NCBI GenBank assembly: GCA_041747155.1
Contig: JBGTFQ010000188.1
Span: forward strand, 1,090 to 65,089
DNA: 64,000 nucleotides
Source: Rubrobacteraceae bacterium
GTDB lineage: Bacteria > Actinomycetota > Rubrobacteria > Rubrobacterales > Rubrobacteraceae
Direction: 5' to 3'
The notes under the pieces were generated by a model. It saw only the letters and a list, made by a program, of their open reading frames with translations. It ran no database searches and had not been told where the DNA came from. The position numbers were made by a program, and so were the translations under genes. Each line of letters opens with the position of its first letter. Positions within the stretch are counted from its first letter, which is position 1. Positions 56,030 to 64,000 of this stretch are shown in pieces.

Positions 56030-56531
56030 AAGTCGGCGACTCTCTGGTCGGGAGAGCAAGTGCCAAGAACAAAACCGACGTTCCGTCTTCCACAGCGGTT
56101 CGTCCCCCTGTCCCACATCCAGAGCTAACCCCGTGGGGGGTTTGCCGACAAGCTGAGCCTTGACGGAGAAGCGTAAGCTGCCAGCGGCACCCCCTTGATC
56201 GGTCTTCGTACTACTACTCGGAATATGAAGAAATCTCCGAGATCCCTCTCGGCGGCCTCCTGCAGTTCGTCGAGCAGGTCCTCGGTCGGAGGGGGCGGCA
56301 TGTCGAGGTCCACGTCCTTGGTCGCTCTGGCTCGGCCTCCCAGCCGGAGCTCTAGCGCGTAGCCGCCCTTGAGTACCCAGCGTGCCGAGTTCTGATCAAA
56401 GAGCAGAGCCAGGAACCGCTCGAATGCAACCCTTTTGCGCAGCCGGTCGAGATCCCACCTTCCTCAGCAGCCCGGTGCTTGAGACGGTAGGAGAGCGCCC
56501 GTTCGAACGCCTGCGGGGTCTCGTATCTCAT
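56030..56531 (-). pseudogene. frameshifted and truncated AbiEii-type nucleotidyltransferase toxin
   Basis: Starts MRYETPQAFERAL. AbiEii-like segments (FERFLALLFDQNSARWVLKGGYALELRL...TKDVDLD and LRFSVKAQLVGKPPTGLALDVGQGD) lie in at least three different frames. Confidence 0.6.
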
Positions 56532-56558
56532 TTGCTCTCGCGGAGAAGCCAGGCGAGC

Positions 56559-57092
56559 TTACCCATCAGGTCGGGCCTCTCGGAGGGCCTCTTCCGCAAT
56601 CCTGCGGCGCTCGTCATCAGCCATCCGCGACAGCTCCTCACTCAAGATCTTTCGGCGTACGAGGCCGCGCGTGACGGCCTCCCGCACCGCCGAATCAAGG
56701 TGCTCGGGGCTGATCTCGCGGCTCCTCGCCACATCCAGGACGGTCCTGAGCGGAGTCGTGACCCCGAATCCTCCCCATGATTCGATATCCCTGTCCGAGA
56801 GGTCCGTTTTATGCAGCACCACCCCCTTCGGAGTCGGCTTCCGGAATCCTTTGGTCACGCTCAGGTGCGTATTCTCAGGCATGAGGTCGGAGAGACCGTG
56901 GAGCTTGAGCGCGGTATCGTGCGAGGCGACCGCCTGCGGCACACCTTCCCTGTTACGGCTCCACAGGCTCAGACGGGCGAGATCCTCGTTGTCTCCTTCC
57001 GGGTACCTACTAAGCCTGAACAGGCCGTGTCCCGCCGGGATCCAGTGTCCCCGCTCTCGATGGTAGAACTGCAGCCGGTAGCCGTAGCCCAC
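56559..57092 (-). CDS. AbiEi-family antitoxin / transcriptional regulator
   Basis: 177 aa. AVASHDTALKLHGLSDLMPENTHLSV...GVTTPLRTVLD is typical of the AbiEi_4 / COG5340 family. Confidence 0.7.
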   Translation of the reverse strand: MGYGYRLQFYHRERGHWIPAGHGLFRLSRYPEGDNEDLARLSLWSRNREGVPQAVASHDTALKLHGLSDLMPENTHLSVTKGFRKPTPKGVVLHKTDLSDRDIESWGGFGVTTPLRTVLDVARSREISPEHLDSAVREAVTRGLVRRKILSEELSRMADDERRRIAEEALREARPDG

Positions 57093-57099
57093 GTCGTCC

Positions 57100-57348
57100 T
57101 TATCGTCCCAAGAGCCACGTTAGGAGTTCGCTGCGCAGGTAGATGTACCGTCGTTCTGTGACGGCGTGGCGCGGCAATCCCGGTGCCATCCTTTTGAACT
57201 CCGACTCGCTTATCCGCAGGAAGTCCGCCGCTTCCTTCGCGTTCATGACCTCCTTGCCGCTGGAAAGAGCCGCCGCTACCTGCTCTACCTTCTTCAGGAT
57301 CGCGGCCTCCAGGAGAGTGTCCAGGCTGGTGTCTTGGTGGCCCTGCAC
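57100..57348 (-). CDS. excisionase-family (MerR-like HTH_17) DNA-binding protein
   Basis: MNAKEAADFLRISESEFKRM...LRSELLTWL pattern. The true start may be the internal Met. Confidence 0.6.
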   Translation of the reverse strand: MQGHQDTSLDTLLEAAILKKVEQVAAALSSGKEVMNAKEAADFLRISESEFKRMAPGLPRHAVTERRYIYLRSELLTWLLGR

Positions 57349-57437
57349 GACGCGCCCTCAGTCTTCCCTCTCCGTACCTACGTGCCTGACCTGTGGGACA
57401 GATACCCAAGGCGCGGTGTGGGCTTTATTTTGGAAAC

Positions 57438-58772
57438 TCACGACGTACCCTTCGTCGTCTGGGGTTCGTACAGGCAATCTGCGCATTCGCAGTCGAGCAG
57501 ATGGTTCAGCCACCCGTCGAGGTTGCCACCAGGCTCCTCCTTGCCTGCACGCCCGCTGCCTTGGCAATGTTGGCAACCTTGGCAATCTTGCGATGAACAG
57601 GCCGAATCACGACCGCTACTGCTCTCAGCACTGGCTAGGTTGCCAATACCGGAGTCACGGCCGTTTTGATCGTCACCGGACGCCTGCGGCATCGTCCACG
57701 TCCAGCCGTAAGCCTCCTTGGTGGACCGGATCTTGAGGCGGGCTTTGGCCCGATTGAGCGTCCTCTCCGAGACTCCTTCCCTTTTTGCATTCAGCTTGAT
57801 TTGTTTCGCCGCCATAGGGCCGTCGGAGAGCTCGTCCTTGAGAAACTCCAGAGCCTCCTCCAGCGCTGATTTCTCCTCCTCTTCCAACGGTGCCCGCATA
57901 AGCTCTGTGGCGTCTAGGGAAGACCCGCCGTGCCACTCGACGCGCGCGGCACCGTTGACGAGCGAGCTCGCGACGGCGAAGACGAGGCTCGGCATCGGTT
58001 CGGAGAGGTTTTGCTTACTGGAGGCCAGAACCCGTTTCTTGCCGTCTGGGTCGTCAGGGTCCTGGGCTACGATAAGGCCACTCCGGGCCGCGCCGATAAT
58101 GCCGATGGAGCCGCCACCGCGGTAGAGTGGGTTGCCGCCAGGCATCTTGTTGAGGTGTCGCACCAATAGCACCGCAGCGCCGGTCCTCTCGGCGAGCGAC
58201 TTGAGGCGAGCGAGGACGTGCCGGATGTCCTGGTCCTTATGGGCGTTGGTGTAGCTGCTCAGGAACGCCATGAAAGGGTCTACGATGACCAGCCGAGCCG
58301 CGACACGCTCTATCGCGCCTTCCAGGATTGCTATGTCTTCCGGCAGCGAGACTGGTCTGTTGTACTCGGATCCCACCTCTTCGGGTATTTCCGATAGCCA
58401 CACTGCACGATCGGAGTCACCTCCCGCGGCGTCGAATCGTGGCCCTACCGTGTTTGAGAAGCTGTCCTCGGCGTTCAACATCACGATGCCCGCGCCGTCC
58501 GCTTCGACACCGCAAGGAGAGCCGTCAGGAAACGCTCTGGCGATCGTGACACGAGCTGCCAGGTCAATAGAGAAGACGCTCTTTCCGAGTCCAGGGTCAC
58601 CGTCAAGCACCGTGATGTTTCCCAACGGGATTCGCCCCTCCCATAGCCACCGGACCTCATCCCGCTCCATCAACGAGAAGAGGACACCCCGCTGGTAGTC
58701 CTCCAGATTCGCATCATGACGCACAAATTCTGGCGGGACAGGCTCAAGCTTACGCCTCCGACGGCTCATCAA
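57438..58772 (-). CDS. AAA_25 / RepA-like (RecA-fold) ATPase of mobile elements
   Basis: Walker A LDGDPGLGKSVFSIDLA, Walker B-like LVIVDPF. C-terminal HTH-like region and a Cys/Gln-rich tail. Confidence 0.75.
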   Translation of the reverse strand: MMSRRRRKLEPVPPEFVRHDANLEDYQRGVLFSLMERDEVRWLWEGRIPLGNITVLDGDPGLGKSVFSIDLAARVTIARAFPDGSPCGVEADGAGIVMLNAEDSFSNTVGPRFDAAGGDSDRAVWLSEIPEEVGSEYNRPVSLPEDIAILEGAIERVAARLVIVDPFMAFLSSYTNAHKDQDIRHVLARLKSLAERTGAAVLLVRHLNKMPGGNPLYRGGGSIGIIGAARSGLIVAQDPDDPDGKKRVLASSKQNLSEPMPSLVFAVASSLVNGAARVEWHGGSSLDATELMRAPLEEEEKSALEEALEFLKDELSDGPMAAKQIKLNAKREGVSERTLNRAKARLKIRSTKEAYGWTWTMPQASGDDQNGRDSGIGNLASAESSSGRDSACSSQDCQGCQHCQGSGRAGKEEPGGNLDGWLNHLLDCECADCLYEPQTTKGTS

Positions 58773-59415
58773 GCCCCCCTGACTCTGCTGATGTCGTTTC
58801 CTGTGCCAACCGATCCGCTGCTACCTTCGCGGCGGAGATCGCTCCCAATGCGTCCATGTTTCCTGCTATTAGGTCCTCCGCTAGGCTGGGCCAGCGCCAC
58901 CAATCGGCCCACTCTCGCCACGACCGATCCAGTTCCCTCTCGTGCTCCTCGGAGTCCACGATGAGGTTGATGTACGGCAAGACGAGTGTCTTAAACAGTC
59001 GTCGCTTTAGGACGTTGCCGAGCACTTGGTACGCGACGTCACGGTACTCGGCCTTCCTCCGCGTTGCCCGGTGCCACGCCTCCGAGCGGCAGGGTAACTC
59101 GATCCCTAGCTCCAAGCTCAAACCCAACACCGCTTCCCACATCTCCGAGCAGTCGTGGAGATGGTAGTAGAGGTCGACCAAATCTGTACCTCGACCGCAG
59201 CCGAAGCACCACCATGAGTTGTTGCCCGGCCAGACGGTAAAAGAAGGCGTATTGTCTGCGTGGTCTGGCAACGGACAGCGCCCCACGAGTGTCCCTCCGC
59301 GCTTCTGCAGATCGGTAAGACCACCTGCGTATGCGATCAGCGGCACGGCTTCCTTGATGTAATCTGCGTTCTTACGGAATAGGTAGCGCCGCTCGCTGAC
59401 ACTGCTTTCTCTCAT
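58750..59415 (-). CDS. CHC2 zinc-finger primase-like protein
   Basis: CPLPDHADNTPSFTVWPGNNSWWCFGCGRGTDLVDL. The start is uncertain because the ORF is open to 59730. Confidence 0.7.
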   Translation of the reverse strand: MRESSVSERRYLFRKNADYIKEAVPLIAYAGGLTDLQKRGGTLVGRCPLPDHADNTPSFTVWPGNNSWWCFGCGRGTDLVDLYYHLHDCSEMWEAVLGLSLELGIELPCRSEAWHRATRRKAEYRDVAYQVLGNVLKRRLFKTLVLPYINLIVDSEEHERELDRSWREWADWWRWPSLAEDLIAGNMDALGAISAAKVAADRLAQETTSAESGGLDEPSEA

Positions 59416-59723
59416 AGAGGAGCCCTCGGTTTTGGATGCCCGACCCTGTTGCTTAGTTCGCCCTGGTGTATCTGCAGATCCTGATATATCTGTACCAAAT
59501 GGTAGGAATCGTTTGGCTTCCAAACGCTCTCCTTTCCTACGTGATGGTGAACACTGGACCGCTAATCTGACGCTCACCACCCCCGTATCTACTATTTGCT
59601 TCAGACGGTCTACTAAATCCATTTGTCTCCAAATTAGACCTCGCAATCTACTCTGCGGCCGAGAGTTGTTTTTGCGTCCTCCATAAGATAATATCCACAT
59701 TATGTACTTATCGTCAATGGGAG

Positions 59724-60347
59724 GTGACAAAAATATATACTTTGCGACGTAAAGTAAAGCGATGGTATTTATCGGGTCAAATGGAGTCGGACGATTTTTA
59801 CCGATGGCATCATCCTAAGTTACAAGGCTTGATGACAGTAGTGATCGGAACGTTCTTGTTGTTAGTAGCGCTCGTGCACGGTCTGTGGTGGCGGTGGTCC
59901 GAGCTATGGACTCTTGTAGCTTACCTTGCAATCTTTGCTTCTACGTTCTTGGCTTTCTATCAGACCGACAATTACTACAGAGAGCATATTGGGGTGCTCC
60001 GAGCTTGGCGGCCGAAGTATCTCTGGTTAAGCTTCTGTTTGAGTTCGCCTATAGTGCTCACTATCGGGGTGTGGTCAGGCTATTCCCTTATTGCCGGAAT
60101 AGCCGTAGGGATTCTTTGGTTGCATCTATGCGAACGCTACAAAGGTCACGGGTGGGTACTAGAGCGGGCCACAGCGGTACTGCTAGCCGTTGTGGGTCTG
60201 TCATTGGCGCTTCTACAAAATACGGCTCAGGCGGCCACTGCGATGTTAGTCATGATGTTGGCTGGAGGCATCTTGATAATCTCTGGCGCGCTATGTGAGC
60301 TGAGCCTAAGGCTTGTCGTCCGGCAGATAAAAGGAGGAAGCGAATGA
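59724..60347 (+). CDS. hypothetical polytopic membrane protein
   Basis: 207-aa ORF with about 5 hydrophobic segments in a lower-G+C segment. The start is uncertain. Confidence 0.5.
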   Translation: MTKIYTLRRKVKRWYLSGQMESDDFYRWHHPKLQGLMTVVIGTFLLLVALVHGLWWRWSELWTLVAYLAIFASTFLAFYQTDNYYREHIGVLRAWRPKYLWLSFCLSSPIVLTIGVWSGYSLIAGIAVGILWLHLCERYKGHGWVLERATAVLLAVVGLSLALLQNTAQAATAMLVMMLAGGILIISGALCELSLRLVVRQIKGGSE

Positions 60348-60703
60348 ACACAACTTCTGGGCAGGAAGCTCCGTACGAGCGCGCTATAGTCGAGCTTTCC
60401 CAGCTAGACAACTTTCTAGACGAGAAATCTCGTCGACTAATCATGAGCTCACTCGAACCTTCCTACTCGCCACTGCCTTTTGCGTACCTCAAAGGTGCCA
60501 CAGGTCTCTCAGACGGCAACATATCTGGTCACTTGACTAAGCTTGAGGCTGCCGGTTATATCGTCATTGAGAAGACGTTCGAGGGTAGGAAGCCGAAGAC
60601 GTTTGTTGTTCTAACTAACGAAGGACGAGCCGCGATAGAAGACTATTGGCAAAGGACGGAAGAGTTTATGGATAGACGAAAGCGGAGGCCCAAATTGTGG
60701 TGA
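60344..60703 (+). CDS. winged-helix (ArsR/MarR-like) transcriptional regulator
   Basis: LKGATGLSDGNISGHLTKLEAAGYIVIEKTFEGRKPKTFVVLTNEGR. ATGA overlap with the upstream gene. Confidence 0.7.
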   Translation: MNTTSGQEAPYERAIVELSQLDNFLDEKSRRLIMSSLEPSYSPLPFAYLKGATGLSDGNISGHLTKLEAAGYIVIEKTFEGRKPKTFVVLTNEGRAAIEDYWQRTEEFMDRRKRRPKLW

Positions 60704-60836
60704 CCATTTAGCGCCTTGATTGAGTCTCACATGTTCTTGGGGCGAGCGTAATAATCTTATAGTGGGGCGGCCCGACGAGTTTGGCGACACGATGCGGGCC
60801 ACGCCCTCAAAACCACAAGGAGGTGAATCCTTGCAT

Positions 60837-62462
60837 ATGCAGGATTCTATCATCGACGATAGCCACGGTGTTGTCTACGACGCGGGTATGTGGCTGGCTG
60901 ACCACTGGTCCGAAATCTCGACCGTCGCGTCGGATCCGGTTAGCTTGACTACAGGAGCGGGGGCGGTCGTGGCTGGTGGGGTCGCCACGCTGGCGGGCGT
61001 ACGGCTCGGGCTGTCCGGTATTCGCTCCGGAGTAGAAGCGTTGCACGGTACTCCCGGAGATATCCGCCTCGGATCGTTGCGGGAGAAGCCTGCGCACCGT
61101 GTGACCGATCCGCCCGTAAAACTCGGTTTCAAAGACCTGTGCGCGGGTGGGGTTCAGGTTGTGGGTCCTCCCGGGCAAGGCAAGACCACGCTCTTGCAGA
61201 GCATGGCTCTCTCTCATCTACTTCAGGGTCACACAGTCGTCGTTATCGAAGCCGATAGCGACCTCGGCGAGAACCTCGCCAGCTACGTCGGACGTCTCGG
61301 ACTCACGGATCGCTTCTTTCGCTTCGACCCGTCCACCAAGAACTCGCTAAAGTGGAACCCTCTCGCGGGCGATACGGAACTGGCTGTGCGTCGCGCGGTC
61401 GACACTATCTCCAGCGTCTCTAAAGGCCATGAATTCTTCGAGAGTCTCAACCAGGATGTACTCCGACACATGGTCGCACTCGCTTGCGGGTATGCGAAGC
61501 ATGTAGGAGGAGAGGCCACTGTAGCGCTGCTGCTGAGGCTTCTAGCCGATACGAATTCACTGGAGAGTATCCTGGAGACCGGCACCGACGGCTCCGGGAG
61601 GCCAAAGGTCGGAGCTACTTTCCTCACCGGAGACCTCAAGGACTGGTGCGAGCAAGAGTTTCTGTTGTGGAGTGAGAAGACCCGCCGCGAGTATCTCCTG
61701 GGACTTCGAAACGTGCTTAGAGGGCTGCTTTCGAGTGACCGGGTGGTCGATGCCTTGACGCCGAAGAATGATGAGACCACTATAGATCTTGACCGGGCAC
61801 TGAACTCGGGTGGGCTCATACTGTTCAAGGTTTCTTCCGCCGAGTTTGGTCGCGTAGCCGGTCGTACTCTCCTTACCTGGGCTTTGCAGCATGTCCAACA
61901 GGCGACGCTCGGCAGGGCTATGCCACGGCGTCCGATCTGCGTTATGCTCGATGAGGCGCATGTCGTTTTGGGTAGTCGCAACAGTGCCGCTGCCGAGTCC
62001 TATGCGGAGTGGTTCGTTCAATCGCGCAAGTTTGGGTGTGCACCGCACGTTGGCTACCAGTCCTTTTCGCAGTTGCCGGATCAACTCTCGGATGTCCTGG
62101 ACTCCGCTGCCCGCAACAAGATCTTCTTCGGGGGATTGCATCACGAAGACGCCCACCATGCTCAGGAACTCTTGGGACATACCCTCCGGCGACGGGAGGA
62201 AATTAGGGAGATTCCGAGCGAGATCTTCCTCGCGCCCGCTCGCCGCCAGAAGTCGTACCGCACCGCAGAGGAACCTTTTCTCACGCTAAGTGAGATAGAA
62301 AACCTTCCCGTAGGCCGTTGCATCTGTCGGCTACTCAAGAACGGTCGTTTACTACCCCCGGCGATCGTCCGGGTCAAGACCCCCGCATCGCCTAAGAGGA
62401 TGTTCTCCAGAGTCCCCGGTGCCCCTATTCCAGCCCCTCGTCGCCGGAGGCGATCGCGATGA
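60837..62462 (+). CDS. type IV secretion coupling protein (TraD/VirD4/TraG-like)
   Basis: Walker A VVGPPGQGKTTLLQS, Walker B-like ICVMLDEAHVV. AAGGAGGTG upstream. TTG 60831 and ATG 60837 are possible starts. Confidence 0.75.
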   Translation: MQDSIIDDSHGVVYDAGMWLADHWSEISTVASDPVSLTTGAGAVVAGGVATLAGVRLGLSGIRSGVEALHGTPGDIRLGSLREKPAHRVTDPPVKLGFKDLCAGGVQVVGPPGQGKTTLLQSMALSHLLQGHTVVVIEADSDLGENLASYVGRLGLTDRFFRFDPSTKNSLKWNPLAGDTELAVRRAVDTISSVSKGHEFFESLNQDVLRHMVALACGYAKHVGGEATVALLLRLLADTNSLESILETGTDGSGRPKVGATFLTGDLKDWCEQEFLLWSEKTRREYLLGLRNVLRGLLSSDRVVDALTPKNDETTIDLDRALNSGGLILFKVSSAEFGRVAGRTLLTWALQHVQQATLGRAMPRRPICVMLDEAHVVLGSRNSAAAESYAEWFVQSRKFGCAPHVGYQSFSQLPDQLSDVLDSAARNKIFFGGLHHEDAHHAQELLGHTLRRREEIREIPSEIFLAPARRQKSYRTAEEPFLTLSEIENLPVGRCICRLLKNGRLLPPAIVRVKTPASPKRMFSRVPGAPIPAPRRRRRSR

Positions 62463-62929
62463 GGAGCGGAGGTCGGTCCGAAAAGATGAACGACAACAAT
62501 TCGACGGAGAAGAGAGTCGAGGACGACGCCGTCTTCAAAACAGACCTGCAAGGCCAGGAACGCGCGTCTGAGAAGAAGTCAGAGACCGACAGGCCATCCT
62601 TGCAGCGGCCTACCGTGAATGGTAGGAGTCGTGGTAGGAACGCTTCCGAGAAAGGTACTCGGAAAAACTGTTCCGAGGCTGGACTACCCAGTGACGCGCT
62701 TCTCACCGAAGCCGAAATTTTCGTCTCGACCATAGTCGCGGTAATTGTCTCGACGATACTAGCGTACGTGTTCACGAAGTTTGGGACGGTGTTTTTACTT
62801 CCCGACTTTGTCGAATTCCACCCCGTGCTCTCGACGCTCCTTGGTGGGCTGCTGGTCGGACTCTATGTTCTGACTCGGCGTAGGGCGGTTCGCCTTGCTT
62901 GTCGAAAGCATCTGCAGGGTGAGAAGTGA
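62459..62929 (+). CDS. hypothetical protein with C-terminal membrane anchor
   Basis: 156 aa, basic/Ser-rich N-terminus, two hydrophobic segments. ATGA overlap with the upstream gene. Confidence 0.45.
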   Translation: MRSGGRSEKMNDNNSTEKRVEDDAVFKTDLQGQERASEKKSETDRPSLQRPTVNGRSRGRNASEKGTRKNCSEAGLPSDALLTEAEIFVSTIVAVIVSTILAYVFTKFGTVFLLPDFVEFHPVLSTLLGGLLVGLYVLTRRRAVRLACRKHLQGEK

Positions 62930-62945
62930 CGACACTGAAAGAGCG

Positions 62946-63695
62946 ATGTACGGAGGTGGCTGGGCGGTGGCACTGAAAACTGGACGAGCTGGGACGACAA
63001 CCCCCAGAGACGACCAAATCTTCGAAGACCTTTACTGGACCAGAATTCTCTCGACCCAACAAATAGCGAGCCTGCGTTTTCCGTCTCACGAGAGCGCCCG
63101 GATCCGCTTGTACGCTCTAATGAGGAAGGGATACGTCACCAACCAAGTGTACGGACCTAACCTTATTCTGTGGCGTCTTACCAAGGAAGGATTCGAGCGT
63201 CAACGAGATTCTTTGGATCGCAAAAAGGAAACTTCCCCGGACTTCTTCTCAGGGCCGAAGACGCGCCATTACCTTGAGACGAACGATGTCTACGTCGAGC
63301 TGGCTTCGAGGCTGGAACCGGCACTTGGCGGTTATCCGATGTGGCAGTGGCGTAATGAGGGTCGCGCTTATCGACGCTACGAGCTTGGAGGTAGGAATCT
63401 TGCCCACCAGCCGGACGCGGAGATCCTGCTTCCAGGACACCTCTTCTTTATCGAGCGTCAGAGCCGACGAGCCAAGTACGCACCGAGCACGATCCGCGCA
63501 AAGGTGGCCTCTTACAAAACCTACGTCGAGCGTATCTTACGTCCCGAAGTCCCCGTAGAGATCCTCTTCGCCGCCGATCTCGAGCGGGAGAAGCGTGCGG
63601 CTGTGGAGGCTGGCTACGAATACGGAATGCAGATCGTCGCCTCCAGCGTGAGGGGTATAGCACAGCACCTGGAGTCCGTGGCGGCGACGATATGA
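62946..63695 (+). CDS. replication-relaxation family protein
   Basis: RDDQIFEDLYWTRILSTQQIASLRFPSHESARIRLYALMRKGYV and HQPDAEI patterns are typical of the Replic_Relax family. Confidence 0.7.
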   Translation: MYGGGWAVALKTGRAGTTTPRDDQIFEDLYWTRILSTQQIASLRFPSHESARIRLYALMRKGYVTNQVYGPNLILWRLTKEGFERQRDSLDRKKETSPDFFSGPKTRHYLETNDVYVELASRLEPALGGYPMWQWRNEGRAYRRYELGGRNLAHQPDAEILLPGHLFFIERQSRRAKYAPSTIRAKVASYKTYVERILRPEVPVEILFAADLEREKRAAVEAGYEYGMQIVASSVRGIAQHLESVAATI

Positions 63696-64000
63696 CGAAC
63701 GCGGCTTTCCTGCGTTCACTAATAAGGGATCTCCTTAATGCCTCACCCTCCCCTCACGCAGCCTTCATCTTCCCCTAACCGGCGCGTGAAGGGCTGGTGA
63801 GACTACGGCATGACCTCTCCCTGCAGGAAACAGCTTGTCTAAGCTACTTCTGATTATCAGAACGATCTCTCTAGGAAAGCGAACGCTGTCGGGAAGAAGT
63901 GAATCTAAGCACCTAGAGGGTTCGCGTTGGATCATTCTGATCGGAGTGTAGCCATCCTTTAAGAGCAAACAGAGTCTAAGAAGGTGCCAAAGTGCTGAGG

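Larger units (their letters stand above)
56030..64000. mobile_element. conjugative/mobilisable element (integrated or plasmid-derived) extending beyond the window end
   Basis: Contents: AbiE module, excisionase-like HTH, RepA-like ATPase, CHC2 primase, T4CP and replication-relaxation protein. The left edge abuts a truncated host-type gene. No integrase or right end lies in the window. Confidence 0.65.

Noticed and set aside
63765-63968. A 67-aa minus-strand ORF at the window end, possibly the start of an integrase or other mobile-element gene.
   Set aside because: No recognisable motif, and it is not clearly continuous with sequence beyond the window.

Overview
High-G+C, actinobacterium-like window; that assignment is by eye from codon bias and gene content, and nothing here was computed or searched. 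It has four parts.

(1) 1-14.1 kb is a co-directional island for catabolism of methylated amines such as glycine betaine or sarcosine. It holds three GcvT-family aminomethyltransferases, two monomeric sarcosine-oxidase-like flavoenzymes, a Rieske oxygenase, an IclR regulator and a BCCT transporter. It also holds a tetrahydrofolate C1 branch (MetF, Fhs, FTCD-type cyclohydrolase) and a decayed M24/creatinase gene.

(2) 14.2-20.8 kb is an envelope/stress block: Hsp20, a sigma factor translationally coupled to HtrA, a MarP-like protease and an OmpR-type two-component system.

(3) A 3' fragment of tRNA-Arg(ACG) at 20.93-20.98 kb and an adjacent pseudogene mark the start of a long accessory region (21-56 kb). 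This region is rich in cyclic-nucleotide signalling: two intact and one decayed class III cyclase fusions, a cNMP-domain ABC exporter, a Crp regulator and a GAF protein. It also carries HigBA, an expanded uncharacterised membrane-protein family with a duplicated 3-gene cassette, and peptidases.

(4) About 56 kb to the window end is a conjugative or mobilisable element (AbiE remnant, excisionase-like HTH, RepA-like ATPase, CHC2 primase, T4 coupling protein, replication-relaxation protein).

Two loci look novel. The first is four tandem 10-codon basic mini-ORFs with perfect SD sites, each ending Pro-TAA, upstream of a Mef/EntS-like MFS pump. The second is a minus-strand cluster at 47.3-54.4 kb that may be a peptide toxin/bacteriocin system. 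It encodes two paralogous about 170-aa precursor-like proteins with a conserved acidic leader, a DVQG motif, and divergent aromatic two-Cys cores ending GCWR. Flanking them are a coupled GAF and intracellular S8 protease pair, and a cNMP-gated ABC exporter with a Crp regulator.
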